The position numbers were made by a program, and so were the translations under genes. Below are positions 29,721 through 39,876 of a stretch of DNA of 64,000 nucleotides, in pieces. Below the pieces are notes generated by a model. It was given only the letters and a program-made list of their open reading frames with translations. It made no database searches and was not told where the DNA came from. The DNA comes from Vicinamibacteria bacterium (GTDB taxonomy: Bacteria; Acidobacteriota; Vicinamibacteria; Marinacidobacterales; Marinacidobacteraceae), in NCBI GenBank assembly GCA_963668695.2, contig CAXXLQ010000004.1:2336001-2400000 (forward strand). Reading direction: 5' to 3'. How positions within the stretch are numbered: position 1 is the first letter of the stretch; each line of letters opens with the position of its first letter.

Positions 29721-30127
29721 GGCTCTTCCTCGACGCCAATATCCTATTCACCGCTGCGCACAATCCGCGAGGCAAAGCAGCTTTCGTCATTGAGGCAGGG
29801 AAGAACGGGCGCTGGGATCTCGTTACCAGTAGTTACGCGAGGGAGGAAGCCCGGCGCAATCTCACGAAGAAGTTCCCACCGGGCTTGGATGACTACGACG
29901 CGCTGTTTGCCGGTGTCCAAGTCGTGGGCCATCCTCCCGACCTTCCGTTTCCCGCGGCTTTGGTGGAGAAGGATCGGCCCATTTTTCAGGCCGCTCTGGC
30001 AAGTCGTTCGACCCACTTGCTGACGGGCGATATTCGGGACTTCGGTTCGTTCATGAACCGACCCGACGAGACGTTCGGGATCCTGATTCAGACGGTTGCA
30101 GAGTTCCTCGCGTCCACTGGCGCGTGA
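29717..30127 (+). CDS. PIN domain toxin (VapC-like)
   Basis: RLFLDANILF, KDRPIFQAA, LLTGDIRDF. Confidence 0.88.
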   Translation: MRLFLDANILFTAAHNPRGKAAFVIEAGKNGRWDLVTSSYAREEARRNLTKKFPPGLDDYDALFAGVQVVGHPPDLPFPAALVEKDRPIFQAALASRSTHLLTGDIRDFGSFMNRPDETFGILIQTVAEFLASTGA

Positions 30128-30184
30128 TCCGCGCGGGCAACCCGGCGGAGATCTTGAAAGCGACCCCTCGCGTCGGGTCGTCCC

Positions 30185-32068
30185 TCAGATCAACCCGTGG
30201 AGCGGGCCGCCGGGAGCCGCGAGGGCGTCCACGCGGCGGGTGACGGCGGGGTCCTCGATGAGGGGAGGCGCGTGGTGGGGCTTGAGGCGCGCGTCGATAA
30301 CGACCGGTTCGACGCAACTCCAATGCTTGTGGCGGACGCCCGCCCGCCGGCCGTGGACATCGTGCGAAGGGTTGGACCGGGTGAAGGCGACCCAGAGGAG
30401 GCTGCGGAGGCTCTCCGCGGCGAAGTCCGGGTCGTCGCAGAGGACGACGAGCGGCATTCCGGTGAGGTCGGCGCCCGCGCGTTCCGCGGCGTCAAGCGCA
30501 TTCCACAGCGGCGCGAGATCGGCTTCCACCCGGTCGTAGGATTCGAAGCGGGCCCCCCCGAGGACGAAGACGCCCGGCAGCACGGCCCGAAGGCCGTAAA
30601 ACCCCGCGGGAAGCGCCGCGCCCACCCCGTCGGGAGCCGCTCGGGCGAGTGATCTCCTCTCGGGTCCCGCTCCGGCGATGACCAGCTTGGAGCCGGCGTT
30701 CAGGCCGCTTCCGGAATAGTCGAGAGTGTCGATCGTGGTGCGGGTCTGGAAATGAAGGTCGGAGGCGAGATCCACCCGGCGGAGGACGTGGTCGAGCATC
30801 GCCGCGATGTCGTGGGCGGCCAGCTCCGGCGCGTCCTCGCGCGCCGCGATGAAGAGGTACTTGGCGAGCGAGCACTGCCCGAAACCCAGGATGGCGTTTG
30901 CGATCGTCCACAGTTCCTGCGGCCGCCGGCCGGTAAAGGGCGAGTAGCGCTCGCTCCCGACCGCGAGCAGCAGCGGGTGCACGCCGGCCGCGTCCACCGC
31001 GTGCACGGAATGGACGCCGGGCAGCGTGGTCGGAACCATCGGCTCGGTGATCTCGTGGATGAGCCGGCCGAAGGTGGTGTCTTCCTGCGGGGGGCGGCCC
31101 ACCACCGTGAACGGCCAGATGGCTCCCTCGCGGTGGGTCACCGAGGTCACTCGCAGGACCGGGAACGGGTGGGTCAGGCTGTAGTAGCCGAGGTGGTCCC
31201 CGAAGGGACCCTCGGGGAGGGTGCGGCCCGGGTCCACCCAGCCGGTGATGGTGAAGTCGGCATCCGCCGAGACCACGAAGCCGTCGTCCCGCCGCCGCCA
31301 GCTGAAGCGCCTTCCGGCCAGCATCCCGGCGAAGAGGAGTTCGCTAAGCCCCTCCGGGAGCGGCATCACCGCGGCGAGCGTGTGGGCCGGGGGGCCCCCG
31401 ACGAAGATGCTGACCCGGAGCGGCTCCCCCCGGCGCTCGGCCGCCGTGTGGTGCACTCCGATGCCGCGATGGATCTGGTAATGCATCCCGGCCTCTTCGT
31501 CGCCGTACTCGCCCCCGGCGAGCTGGATGCGGTACATCCCGACGTTGGACGAGAGCGGGGCGCCGAAGGGGCCTCCTCCGGGAGGAACGTCGGGATCCTC
31601 GGTGAACACCTGGGGCAGGGTGATGAACGGACCCCCGTCGTCCGGCCAGGAGGTGATTCGCGGAACGTTCGAGAGGGAAATCCGGTGAGCCTGGCTCGGC
31701 GCGGCGCCAACCCGCCGGGGCAGGGAATGGATCGCGGCCGCCGCGGCGCTGAGCGGAACTGAGGGCCGCCTCCGCAGATCCGAGAAGACCTTGCCCGGCT
31801 CGGCGCGGTAACGCACGGCCGCCTTGGCGCCGTCGAGCCCGTGGCGGAGCAGGAAGCGGGCGCGCTCCATCGTTCCGAAGAGGTTCGAAACGCAGGGGAA
31901 CGCCGAGCCCTTCACCCGCTCGTAGAGGATCGCGGGCGCCCCGGCGGCGTAGGCGCGGCGCTGGATCTCGGCGACCTCGAGGTGTCCGTCCACTTCGTCC
32001 GGGATCCGCAGGAGCATGCGGTTGTGTTCAAGATCGGTGACCGCGTCGGCGAGCGACCGGTAGGGCAT
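30185..32068 (-). CDS. UbiD family (de)carboxylase
   Basis: DGGPFITLP, NVGMYRIQL, PEGPFGDHLGYYS, VVGRPPQED, DTLDYSG. Confidence 0.92.
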   Translation of the reverse strand: MPYRSLADAVTDLEHNRMLLRIPDEVDGHLEVAEIQRRAYAAGAPAILYERVKGSAFPCVSNLFGTMERARFLLRHGLDGAKAAVRYRAEPGKVFSDLRRRPSVPLSAAAAAIHSLPRRVGAAPSQAHRISLSNVPRITSWPDDGGPFITLPQVFTEDPDVPPGGGPFGAPLSSNVGMYRIQLAGGEYGDEEAGMHYQIHRGIGVHHTAAERRGEPLRVSIFVGGPPAHTLAAVMPLPEGLSELLFAGMLAGRRFSWRRRDDGFVVSADADFTITGWVDPGRTLPEGPFGDHLGYYSLTHPFPVLRVTSVTHREGAIWPFTVVGRPPQEDTTFGRLIHEITEPMVPTTLPGVHSVHAVDAAGVHPLLLAVGSERYSPFTGRRPQELWTIANAILGFGQCSLAKYLFIAAREDAPELAAHDIAAMLDHVLRRVDLASDLHFQTRTTIDTLDYSGSGLNAGSKLVIAGAGPERRSLARAAPDGVGAALPAGFYGLRAVLPGVFVLGGARFESYDRVEADLAPLWNALDAAERAGADLTGMPLVVLCDDPDFAAESLRSLLWVAFTRSNPSHDVHGRRAGVRHKHWSCVEPVVIDARLKPHHAPPLIEDPAVTRRVDALAAPGGPLHGLI

Positions 32069-32239
32069 GGTCAGGGTGAGAGGGTAGCGGTCCCCTATCC
32101 GGGGACATCGGAGGATTCGACTCGCCCTGGGTCGGGAAGCGGTGCCGAGAGATCACCCGGAGTTGCGTTTATGTCGTTTAGCGTCATCGTTTGCCTGACA
32201 CTGCCTGCCGTCACTTGCGGCTCCTCCCGACTGCTGACC

Positions 32240-32713
32240 ATGACTACCGAACACACCCTGCTCCCGACACTCCTTCCAACATCCGACCCTTTTCCGTCCC
32301 GGTTAGACATTCATGAGGCGAGGGCGGCAATCCCATTAGTCTCGCCCTACGCGAGCGGCGCCCAACCCGTGGAGGCTCGTTTCGGTCCACGCGGTTCCGA
32401 AGCCGTGAAGATTCCGGCGAGATTGTTTGAACTCATCCTCCGGGTCCTCCAGGAGATGGCGCGGGGTAACGCGGTTGCTTTGGTTCCGGTCGGAAAGGAA
32501 TTGACCACGCAGCAGGCGGCCGAGCTCCTACAGGTGTCGCGGACCCATGTCGTCAAATTGATGGAGGGCGGCGAGCTGCCTTGCCACAAAGTTGGCACGC
32601 ACAGGCGGGTACGCATCGAGGAACTCCTGGAGTATCGCCGCAAGACCTACGCTGCCCAGCAGAAGGCGTTGGATGAAATGACAGCGTACGATCAGGAACT
32701 CGGTCTCCAGTAG
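32240..32713 (+). CDS. Excisionase-like HTH_17 DNA-binding protein (antitoxin partner of PIN)
   Basis: ELTTQQAAELLQVSRTHVVKLMEGGELPCHKVGTHRRV. Confidence 0.88.
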   Translation: MTTEHTLLPTLLPTSDPFPSRLDIHEARAAIPLVSPYASGAQPVEARFGPRGSEAVKIPARLFELILRVLQEMARGNAVALVPVGKELTTQQAAELLQVSRTHVVKLMEGGELPCHKVGTHRRVRIEELLEYRRKTYAAQQKALDEMTAYDQELGLQ

Positions 32714-32716
32714 GCG

Positions 32717-33287
32717 ATGCTTGGCGTCACGGCGCTGCTGGACGCCAACATCCTCTATTCGGCTGGTTTACGTTGACTTCCTGCTCCGGCTGGCTGCTGA
32801 GGAGTTGTATCGGACGCTGTGGAGCGAAGAAATCCAGAAGGAATGGTCTCGCCGTCTCCTTGAAGGCCGCGATGATCTTTCGTGGGAAATGTTGGAGCGA
32901 ACCCATCATCAAATGCGGAAGTACTTTCCGCATGCCTGTGTAACCGGGCACGATTCCCTGGTGGGGGTGGTTTCTTTGCCGGATCCCGGTGACCGCCATG
33001 TTCTCGCGGCTGCTGATCCATGGCCGTGCGGACGTGGTTGTAACCAGGAACCTCAAGGATTTCCCCCCGGAATGCATGCGCAGGTATGGCATCGAGGCGC
33101 AATCTCCGACGATTTCATACTTGATTTGTTTGCTGAATTCCCGTTGAGAGTTATCAAGGCCGCGCATCTACACCGCCGTGCGCTGCAGAATCCAGCGCGA
33201 TCAGCCAAAGAACACCTCGTCGCCTACGGAGAGGCTGGCCTGTCAAAGGTCGCCGCCCGGCTGGAGCAGCACATTTCCGACCTCTAG
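32717..33287 (+). pseudogene. PIN domain protein with about three frameshifts
   Basis: MLGVTALLDANILYS in one frame, DFLLRLA..LPDPGDRHVLAAA in another, and IHGRADVVVTRNLKDFP shifted out of that frame. Confidence 0.75.
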
Positions 33288-33467
33288 CAGCCTGTGGTGA
33301 AACCCACGCGGCGTTCGAGCGGTGATCCATCCCGCCTGAACCGCGCCGCTTTGCGGCGCTCTGCGTTGCGTTTCGGTCCAAATACACCAGGTATTCCTCC
33401 CTCACGCGCCTTGTCAGCCGGGCGCCTCCCCGCTCTCGGCGCTCACCCGGGTTCCACCACAGGCTGC
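33287..33467. mobile_element. MITE A, 181-bp copy with no 18-bp insert
   Basis: TA-GCAGCCTGTGGTGAAACCC ... GGGTTCCACCACAGGCTGC-TA; begins in the PIN TAG. Confidence 0.92.
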
Positions 33468-33590
33468 TAGCGGTGGCTGAGCCCCGCGCGGTTTCTTCGC
33501 CCTGTCGGGCGACGATGCTGGTCCCAAAGCCCCACCGGAAGAAACGCCCCTAGTCGGGTCGGGTCGGCCGGTACACCCCGCCCGCCGGTA

Positions 33591-33724
33591 ACAGCCGGTG
33601 GTGGAACCCGGGTGAGCGCCGCAAAGCGCCAGTTCTCCCGGTGGGGGGGCGGTTCAGGCGGGATGGATCGCCGCTCGAGCCCCCACCGGGAGAACTGGGC
33701 CGCGTGGGTTTCACCACAGGCTGT
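33591..33724. mobile_element. MITE A, internally deleted, two 18-bp inserts
   Basis: TA-flanked TIRs; deletion between two GAGCGCCG microhomologies. Confidence 0.85.
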
Positions 33725-33864
33725 TAAGAGCCGGATGTCGGCCACGGGCAGCCTTCGCGCACGAAGGGTGGCCATCCGGATGGTCGGCGTGCCGCCAGGA
33801 CGGCTCTTTCGCGGCAATTGGTAACGGTCCCTTCCTGCGGCGGGTGGCGAAGTAGGATGAAACC

Positions 33865-34827
33865 ATGGAGAAGAAAACGATCAGTCTGATAGGCGTGCCG
33901 CTGGATCTGGGAGCTGGTTGCCGGGGGGTGGACATGGGGCCTTCGGCCATGCGCCGTGCGGGGATCGCCTCGCGCCTGGAGCGACTCGGACATCTGGTAG
34001 AGGACACCGGGAATCTCGACGCGCCGGTGGCGGAGGCGCTCGACGGCCCGGGAGATGCGAGCGCCCGCTACCTGGACGAAGTGGTTCGGGTGCTCGGGGA
34101 CCTCGCCTGGAGGGTCCGGGACATCAGGCGGCGCGGGCGACTGCCACTCGTTCTCGGAGGCGACCATTCCATGGCAGTCGGGACGGTTTCCGGAATGACC
34201 GGATGCGGTGACCCCGCAGCGGGGACCGGCGGACGGACCGAGCGCCTTGGGCTCATCTGGGTGGATGCGCACGCCGACGCCAACACCCCGGAGACGTCGC
34301 CGAGCGGCAACCTGCACGGCATGCCGGTGGCCGCCCTCTTCGGCCGCGGCCCGGACGCTCTTACCCGGGTCGGCGGATTCGCTCCGGGGGCGCCCCGGCT
34401 GGACCCGGAGAACGTCGCTCTCATCGGAGTCCGAAGCGTGGACGAGGCTGAAGCCGGCATGGTGGCGGAACTGGGAGTGCGGGTCTACACCATGGAAGAG
34501 GTGGATCGCCGCGGCTTCGCCGCCATCGCGGACGAGGCCGTTGACCGGGCGCTCGACGGAACCGCAGGGATGCACCTGAGCCTGGACATGGACGGACTCG
34601 ACCCGGAGGTGGCCCCGGGGGTCGGGACTCCCGTTCCCGGCGGGCTTACCTATCGTGAGGCCCATACCCTCATGGAGTGCGTGGCCGCCAGCGGTGGCCT
34701 GCGTTCGATGGAGATCGCCGAGGTGAATCCCACTCTGGACGTGCGAAACCGAACCGCCGAGCTCGCGGTCGAACTGGTCGCCTCCGCGCTGGGCAAGCGG
34801 ACGCTCCCCCCGAACCCGCCTTCCTGA
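33865..34827 (+). CDS. rocF: Arginase
   Basis: GVDMGPSA, LGGDHS, WVDAHADANTPETSPSGNLHGMP, SLDMDGLDP, PGVGTPVPGG. Confidence 0.95.
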   Translation: MEKKTISLIGVPLDLGAGCRGVDMGPSAMRRAGIASRLERLGHLVEDTGNLDAPVAEALDGPGDASARYLDEVVRVLGDLAWRVRDIRRRGRLPLVLGGDHSMAVGTVSGMTGCGDPAAGTGGRTERLGLIWVDAHADANTPETSPSGNLHGMPVAALFGRGPDALTRVGGFAPGAPRLDPENVALIGVRSVDEAEAGMVAELGVRVYTMEEVDRRGFAAIADEAVDRALDGTAGMHLSLDMDGLDPEVAPGVGTPVPGGLTYREAHTLMECVAASGGLRSMEIAEVNPTLDVRNRTAELAVELVASALGKRTLPPNPPS

Positions 34828-34867
34828 GACATGCGCCGCCTGCCTTGGGAACGGACAGGAAGAACCG

Positions 34868-35509
34868 ATGGGCCTTGATGTCCAAACGCACCTTGAAGCC
34901 ACACAGCGCTCCGTGTCGTCGCCGGACCGCGACGGACAACCCGCTTGCGCGGTCACCCTCGCTCGCCGCTACTCGACGACGGTTGAGGATCTGTGGGACG
35001 CCGCGACGAATCCCGAGCGCATTCCGCGCTGGTTCCTGCCGATCGGCGGCGACCTCGAACCAGGCGGCCGATTTCAGTTGGAGGGAAACGCGGGCGGCGT
35101 GATCACGGCGTGCGAACGACTATCCCGGCTGGCGCTCACCTGGGAGTTCGGGGAGGACGTGAGCTGGGTGGACGCGCGTTTCTCGGATGATGGAATGGGC
35201 CGCTCGAGACTTGCGCTCACGCACACGGCGCACGTTTCCGAACACTGGGACGAGTACGGGCCGGGCGCAACCGGTGTCGGGTGGGAGCTGGGTTTGCTGG
35301 GGCTCTCGCTATATCTCGCGAATCCGACGGACCCAAAGCTGGACGAAGCCGCCTTCGCCATTTCCCCGGCGGGCAGAGCGTTCATCACCGGCAGCAGCGA
35401 AAGGTGGGGACAAGCGGCGGTGGCGGCCGGCACGGACCCTCGAGCGGCGCGCGCCGCTGCCAGACGCACAACCGCGTTCTACACCGGCGAATCGGGTGGG
35501 GCTGCCTGA
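34868..35509 (+). CDS. SRPBCC/AHSA1-like domain protein
   Basis: DLWDAATNPERIPRWFLPIGGDL, GPGATGVGWE. Confidence 0.85.
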   Translation: MGLDVQTHLEATQRSVSSPDRDGQPACAVTLARRYSTTVEDLWDAATNPERIPRWFLPIGGDLEPGGRFQLEGNAGGVITACERLSRLALTWEFGEDVSWVDARFSDDGMGRSRLALTHTAHVSEHWDEYGPGATGVGWELGLLGLSLYLANPTDPKLDEAAFAISPAGRAFITGSSERWGQAAVAAGTDPRAARAAARRTTAFYTGESGGAA

Positions 35510-35512
35510 CCG

Positions 35513-36211
35513 GTGATCCGCGACGCACCCGATGGCAAGGGCGGTTCGGTGAGCGTGGCGGCCCACGACCCGGCCGGCACCTCGCCGGTCGCGCCGGCCG
35601 TCCTCCTCACGCACGGCGCCGGAGGGAATCGGGACACGCCGGGCCTCGTCTCGCTCGCCCAGTCCCTGGCCGTCCGGGGCATCCGTGCGCTCCGCTTCAA
35701 TCTCCCCGCGGCCGAAGCGGGGAAAAGGCGGCCCGACCGTGCCGACCGGGCGATCGCCTGCGTCGCCGCCGTCGTGGGTTGGGCGGCGGGGGAGTACCCG
35801 GGCCCCCTCTTCCTCGGCGGCCGCTCCTTTGGCGGGAGGATGGCCTCCCTCCTGCTCGCGGATCCGGCGGCCGAAGCCCGTAGCCTGGTGACGGGTGCGG
35901 TACTCCTCGCCTATCCGCTGAAGCCTCCCGGGAAGCGCGAAGTGCCTGCGGAGCGGATGGAGCATCTCGGCCGTATCGGCCTCCCGATGCTCTTTGTCAG
36001 CGGATCCCGGGATCCCTTCGCGCCGCCGGAGCTGTTCGACCCGATCATCGCGGCCTGCGGCGCCGAGGCGTGCTGGATCGTCGGGGCCGACCACGGGTTT
36101 CGGGTGCCGAAGCCGATTCTCACCGCCACGGAGCGCAGCGCCGCCGACGTTCGCGACGAGATCGCCGGGGCGGTGGCGGCGTTCATCGCCGCCACCGCGC
36201 TCCCCGGTTAG
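35513..36211 (+). CDS. Alpha/beta hydrolase (KANL3/DLH-like)
   Basis: LTHGAGG, GGRSFGGRMAS nucleophile elbow, GSRDPF, GADHGF. Confidence 0.88.
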   Translation: MIRDAPDGKGGSVSVAAHDPAGTSPVAPAVLLTHGAGGNRDTPGLVSLAQSLAVRGIRALRFNLPAAEAGKRRPDRADRAIACVAAVVGWAAGEYPGPLFLGGRSFGGRMASLLLADPAAEARSLVTGAVLLAYPLKPPGKREVPAERMEHLGRIGLPMLFVSGSRDPFAPPELFDPIIAACGAEACWIVGADHGFRVPKPILTATERSAADVRDEIAGAVAAFIAATALPG

Positions 36212-36248
36212 CGGGACCTTGAAGGAAACCCCGCCGCCGGTTCCTTCC

Positions 36249-37631
36249 TCAGCGCGGTCCGAAGACCCAGGACATCCCGATCGTGAAGGTGTTCTGGCTC
36301 TTCGAGATACCTTCTCCGCATCCGGAGCAACTGAAGAAGTCAGCGTCCGACCAGTCACGCCGATACTCGAAGCGAGTCAGGAAGCGGGGGTCGTCCACCA
36401 CCGGCTGGAACTCGAGCGTCAGGGTGTTCTCCATCAACATCTGCTCGAGACCGGTGGAGCGGGCTTCGCGGTCGTTCATGAACTCGTAGCGTTCGGCGAT
36501 CCGCACCCGGTCGTTCACGTGGAAACGGAGGTATCCGCCGAGTCCGTAAGAGGTCGCGCTCGTTCCCACCTCGTCGGTCGCCGAGATGTAGTCCATGTTC
36601 ACCATGGCCTCGACCCGGTCGGTGAGTCCGACGTAGGCGTTCCAGCTCAGATCCCGCAGCCAGCCGTCGTTGGTCCCGGCGTTCTCCGGGCCGTTGATCC
36701 AGGTGAGGGTGGTGTTGAACTGGTCGCTCGGCGCCAGCGATCCCTGCAGGCCGTAGGACTTCCCGGTGTTCTGGTCCCAGGCGTTGTCGAAGCCGTTCAC
36801 CAGCAACAACGTTCCGGTAAAGGTCTCGCTGAGCGGCACGCCGAGCCGGGCGCCGAGATGGGAGAACGGCTCGTTCCACGCCCAGAGGATGCCGCGCGTG
36901 TAGTTCCAGTTCAGATGCGACTCGGCGACCTCGAGCCCGGCGATGGTGCCGAAGAGTCCGACGTCGAGTTGGGCGCCGCTCCCGAACTGGTAGTAGCCGA
37001 ACGCCTGCTGCAGATAGAGCACGTCGGCGAGCGGTCCGGGTTCGAGTCCGTCCCGGAACAGCCGGGCGCCCGAGCCGAACCAGAGGTCGGAACGGAAACC
37101 GAACGGCCCGTCGCCGGCGGTCTCGATCTCCAGCTTGAGCTGGTTCAGGCCGAATCCGCGGGCGTTGGGGTTCGTGTAGTAGAGCGTGTTGTTCCCGTCC
37201 TGAGGGTCGTTCGCATTGTGCGTGTAGTAGGTGTCCACCAGGCCGGTGATGGAGAGGGGTTGCCCTCCCGTACTGGCGACGCCCTCGGGCATTCCCGAAT
37301 CGGCGTCCTGCGCTGGGGTGGACGGGCCCGGGGCCTCGGGGGTGGCAGCGGCTCCGCCGTCTGCGGCCGCGAGCACCAGGCTGGCCTCCGTGGTTTCCGG
37401 GGTCCTGGAGGCACCTTCCGTTTCCCGGGTAGTGACCAGAGTCGCGAGCAGCATCTCGAGGTCCTCGATGCGCTCCTTCAGCGAGTCCAGCTCGCTGCGG
37501 ATCTCGGTCTCGAGTTCCGCGCTGGTGACCGCCGCGCGCGGCGGAGGTTCGCCGGCAGCTACGGCCGCTGGAACAGCAAGCGCGCCGATGAACAGCGCGG
37601 CCGATGCCGCGCGGACAAGTCGTATCTTCAT
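36249..37631 (-). CDS. Outer-membrane beta-barrel porin with N-terminal coiled coil
   Basis: Signal peptide after GGAGG; coiled coil; GLVDTYY, NWNYTRG, PFSHLG, RFEYRRDWSD; terminal aromatic strand. Confidence 0.8.
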   Translation of the reverse strand: MKIRLVRAASAALFIGALAVPAAVAAGEPPPRAAVTSAELETEIRSELDSLKERIEDLEMLLATLVTTRETEGASRTPETTEASLVLAAADGGAAATPEAPGPSTPAQDADSGMPEGVASTGGQPLSITGLVDTYYTHNANDPQDGNNTLYYTNPNARGFGLNQLKLEIETAGDGPFGFRSDLWFGSGARLFRDGLEPGPLADVLYLQQAFGYYQFGSGAQLDVGLFGTIAGLEVAESHLNWNYTRGILWAWNEPFSHLGARLGVPLSETFTGTLLLVNGFDNAWDQNTGKSYGLQGSLAPSDQFNTTLTWINGPENAGTNDGWLRDLSWNAYVGLTDRVEAMVNMDYISATDEVGTSATSYGLGGYLRFHVNDRVRIAERYEFMNDREARSTGLEQMLMENTLTLEFQPVVDDPRFLTRFEYRRDWSDADFFSCSGCGEGISKSQNTFTIGMSWVFGPR

Positions 37632-37714
37632 GATGCCTCCTTCGCCCATCCCGGGCGTTTTCAAGAACGAAAACGGGATCCCCACCCCTGGTCTGGTTCC
37701 GGCGGGCTTCTCGG

Positions 37715-38920
37715 CTAACTCCCGTCCTCCGCGTTTTCGAGCGCGTAGCGCGCGACTTCCTCGTGCGTCGCGTACCAGACATCTCCGGCGGCGTTGATGT
37801 GTTCGATCAGTCGCTCCAGCATGGCGATGCGGGAGCGGTGGCCGATCACGTGGGGATGCATGGTGAGGAGGAACATTCCTCCCTCCGAATGGGCCATGTC
37901 GAATTCCGCCTTCCAGATCGAGAGCACGTCGTCGGGAGTGCTGTGCGGCCTTATCGCCGAATATCTGCTGAAGCCGAAATACGGGGCGTCGTCCAGAATC
38001 CATTCCACCGGCAGTTCCACGATTCCCGTGGCTTCGCCGTTCGCGACGATCTCATAGGGCCAATCGTCCGCCATGAGGCTCGAGTCGTAGAGAAAGCCCA
38101 GGTCCCGGACGATTTGCAGGGTGTTCGGGCTGTAGTCCCAGGACGGCGTCCGCAGGCCAACCGGCCGCGTGCCGGTCAACTCGGTGAGCGTTTCGATCGC
38201 GCGCTCGATGAGCTCGCGTTCCACATCGCCGGGGATGAGCGAGTTGCGTTCGTGAATCCAGCCGTGCACTCCGATCTCGTGTCCGCCGGCGACGATATCC
38301 GCCACGTCCTCGCGGTAGATCAGCGCGCTGACCGCGGGAATGAAGAACGAGGCGCGAATCTCGTGCCTGCTCAGCAGGTCGAGGACTCGCGGCAGCCCGG
38401 CTTTCGACCCGTACTGCCCCCGCGACAGGTTGGACGCGGTGGTGGCGTTGTCCCGGAGCGACACGGTTTCATTGTCGAAGTCGAAGGAAAGGGCTACGGC
38501 TACCCGAGCTCCTCCGGGCCACGACGACGGAGCGAGACGACGTCCGGCGCGTACGGCGTCAATCGGCGCCCGCCACTCGGCCTCGGTCCACTCCCATGGC
38601 GGGGTTTCCGATTCCGCGGTGGGTTCCGCGGGGCTGCAAGCGGCAAGGCACGCGAGCCCGCCCATTAGCAGCCCGTGGTGAAAGCGCCCCGCATAAGCCC
38701 CAGGACGTCCCGCGCGCCGAATCCGGCGCTTCGTGAGCCTGCGGGGCGCTTGCCCCACGGGTTCGTGGCGCGAATCGCGGTGCGATTCACACCACCGTCT
38801 TTCGTGGGGAGGGGAAACCCCTCCCCACACCCCGCCCCCGCGGCGCTGCGCGCCGCGAATGGATGCCGTCCGAGTTTCACCATTGCCTGTAACGGAGGCA
38901 AGGCGGGACGAACCGGGCAT
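37715..38920 (-). CDS. Polysaccharide deacetylase lipoprotein with an in-frame MITE B in its signal peptide
   Basis: ALSFDFD, HEIGVHGWIHE, GLRTPSW, YDSSLMADD, LTMHPHVIG; LAAC lipobox; TAGAAT 7 nt before the ATG at 38920. Confidence 0.85.
   Translation of the reverse strand: MPGSSRLASVTGNGETRTASIRGAQRRGGGVWGGVSPPHERRWCESHRDSRHEPVGQAPRRLTKRRIRRAGRPGAYAGRFHHGLLMGGLACLAACSPAEPTAESETPPWEWTEAEWRAPIDAVRAGRRLAPSSWPGGARVAVALSFDFDNETVSLRDNATTASNLSRGQYGSKAGLPRVLDLLSRHEIRASFFIPAVSALIYREDVADIVAGGHEIGVHGWIHERNSLIPGDVERELIERAIETLTELTGTRPVGLRTPSWDYSPNTLQIVRDLGFLYDSSLMADDWPYEIVANGEATGIVELPVEWILDDAPYFGFSRYSAIRPHSTPDDVLSIWKAEFDMAHSEGGMFLLTMHPHVIGHRSRIAMLERLIEHINAAGDVWYATHEEVARYALENAEDGS
38668..38890. mobile_element. 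MITE family B
   Basis: TA-GCAGCCCGTGGTGAAAG ... TTTCACCATTGCCTGT; colinear with 13546-13782. Confidence 0.75.
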
Positions 38921-39009
38921 GGCGGCGATTCTATGCGGTACGGGGCCGTCCCACGCCGCTGAAGGACCGACGATCCCCGGGCCGCCGGGAACGATAGAAT
39001 TCGGGATCC

Positions 39010-39594
39010 TTGTCCGCGCCCTACGATCCTTCCGCCCTGAGTGTCAACCTCGCCGCGGTTCCTGCGCGCGGGGCTCGGGTCGCCGTCTCTGCGAACTACG
39101 CAGCGTTCGGCTTTTCCGGCGCCGCATTCGAGATCGTCGGCGAACTCAGCCTGAATGGACGCCTGGACCGACTCGATACGGATGGATACCGGCTCTTGGC
39201 TCGCCTCAGCGGAGAACTGCGACTCGAGTGTGTGCGTTGTCTCGGCCCGGTGGCGCTTCCCGTGGACGAGGCACTCGACCTGGTGTACCTGCCCCGCACT
39301 GCCGCGTCGGCTGACCTGACCGGAGGGGAACGCCCCCTCGACGCGTCGGACATGAACGTGTCGTTCTTCGAGAACGACCGCCTCGAACTCGCCGACACAG
39401 TATGGGAGCAGCTTCATTTGGCTTTGCCGGTGAAGCCGCTCTGTTCCTCCGACTGCCTCGGACTTTGCAGTTCATGCGGCGCCGACCGGAACCGGCAGCC
39501 ATCGTGTGGCTGCGAGGAGAATGCCGGCGCACCCGACCGGGCCGGATTGGGTGCCCTCCGCGACCTGCCGGGATTCCGGCGAGTGCCGGGATAG
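39010..39594 (+). CDS. yceD: YceD/DUF177 family protein
   Basis: ECVRCL, LALPVKPLCSSDCLGLCSSCGADRN; upstream of rpmF. Confidence 0.9.
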   Translation: MSAPYDPSALSVNLAAVPARGARVAVSANYAAFGFSGAAFEIVGELSLNGRLDRLDTDGYRLLARLSGELRLECVRCLGPVALPVDEALDLVYLPRTAASADLTGGERPLDASDMNVSFFENDRLELADTVWEQLHLALPVKPLCSSDCLGLCSSCGADRNRQPSCGCEENAGAPDRAGLGALRDLPGFRRVPG

Positions 39595-39679
39595 ACGCCG
39601 GGCACCTCGGGCGCCAACCACGGCCGGGCACCCCCAGCCGGCCAAGCACTTCCTGAGAGAAGAGACAGGAGTTAACGAA

Positions 39680-39865
39680 ATGCCACAACCCAAGAGACGC
39701 CACTCGCGTGGCCGCCGGAACAATCGCCGCGCACACCACAGCCTGGAGGCTCCCGGACTTTCGGTCTGCACCGAATGCAACCGGCGCATCCGGCCCCATG
39801 TTGTCTGCCCGCACTGCGGCCACTACAAGGGCAAGAAGGTTCTGGACGTCAAGGACCTGACCTGA
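39680..39865 (+). CDS. rpmF: 50S ribosomal protein L32
   Basis: MPQPKRRHSRGRRNNRRAH..CTEC..PHVVCPHCGHYKG; AGGAG RBS. Confidence 0.96.
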   Translation: MPQPKRRHSRGRRNNRRAHHSLEAPGLSVCTECNRRIRPHVVCPHCGHYKGKKVLDVKDLT

Positions 39866-39876
39866 CCTGACCTGAC

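Noticed and set aside
32240-32713. Excisionase-like gene as evidence of a prophage or ICE
   Set aside because: No integrase or phage genes nearby, and this HTH family commonly pairs with PIN toxins
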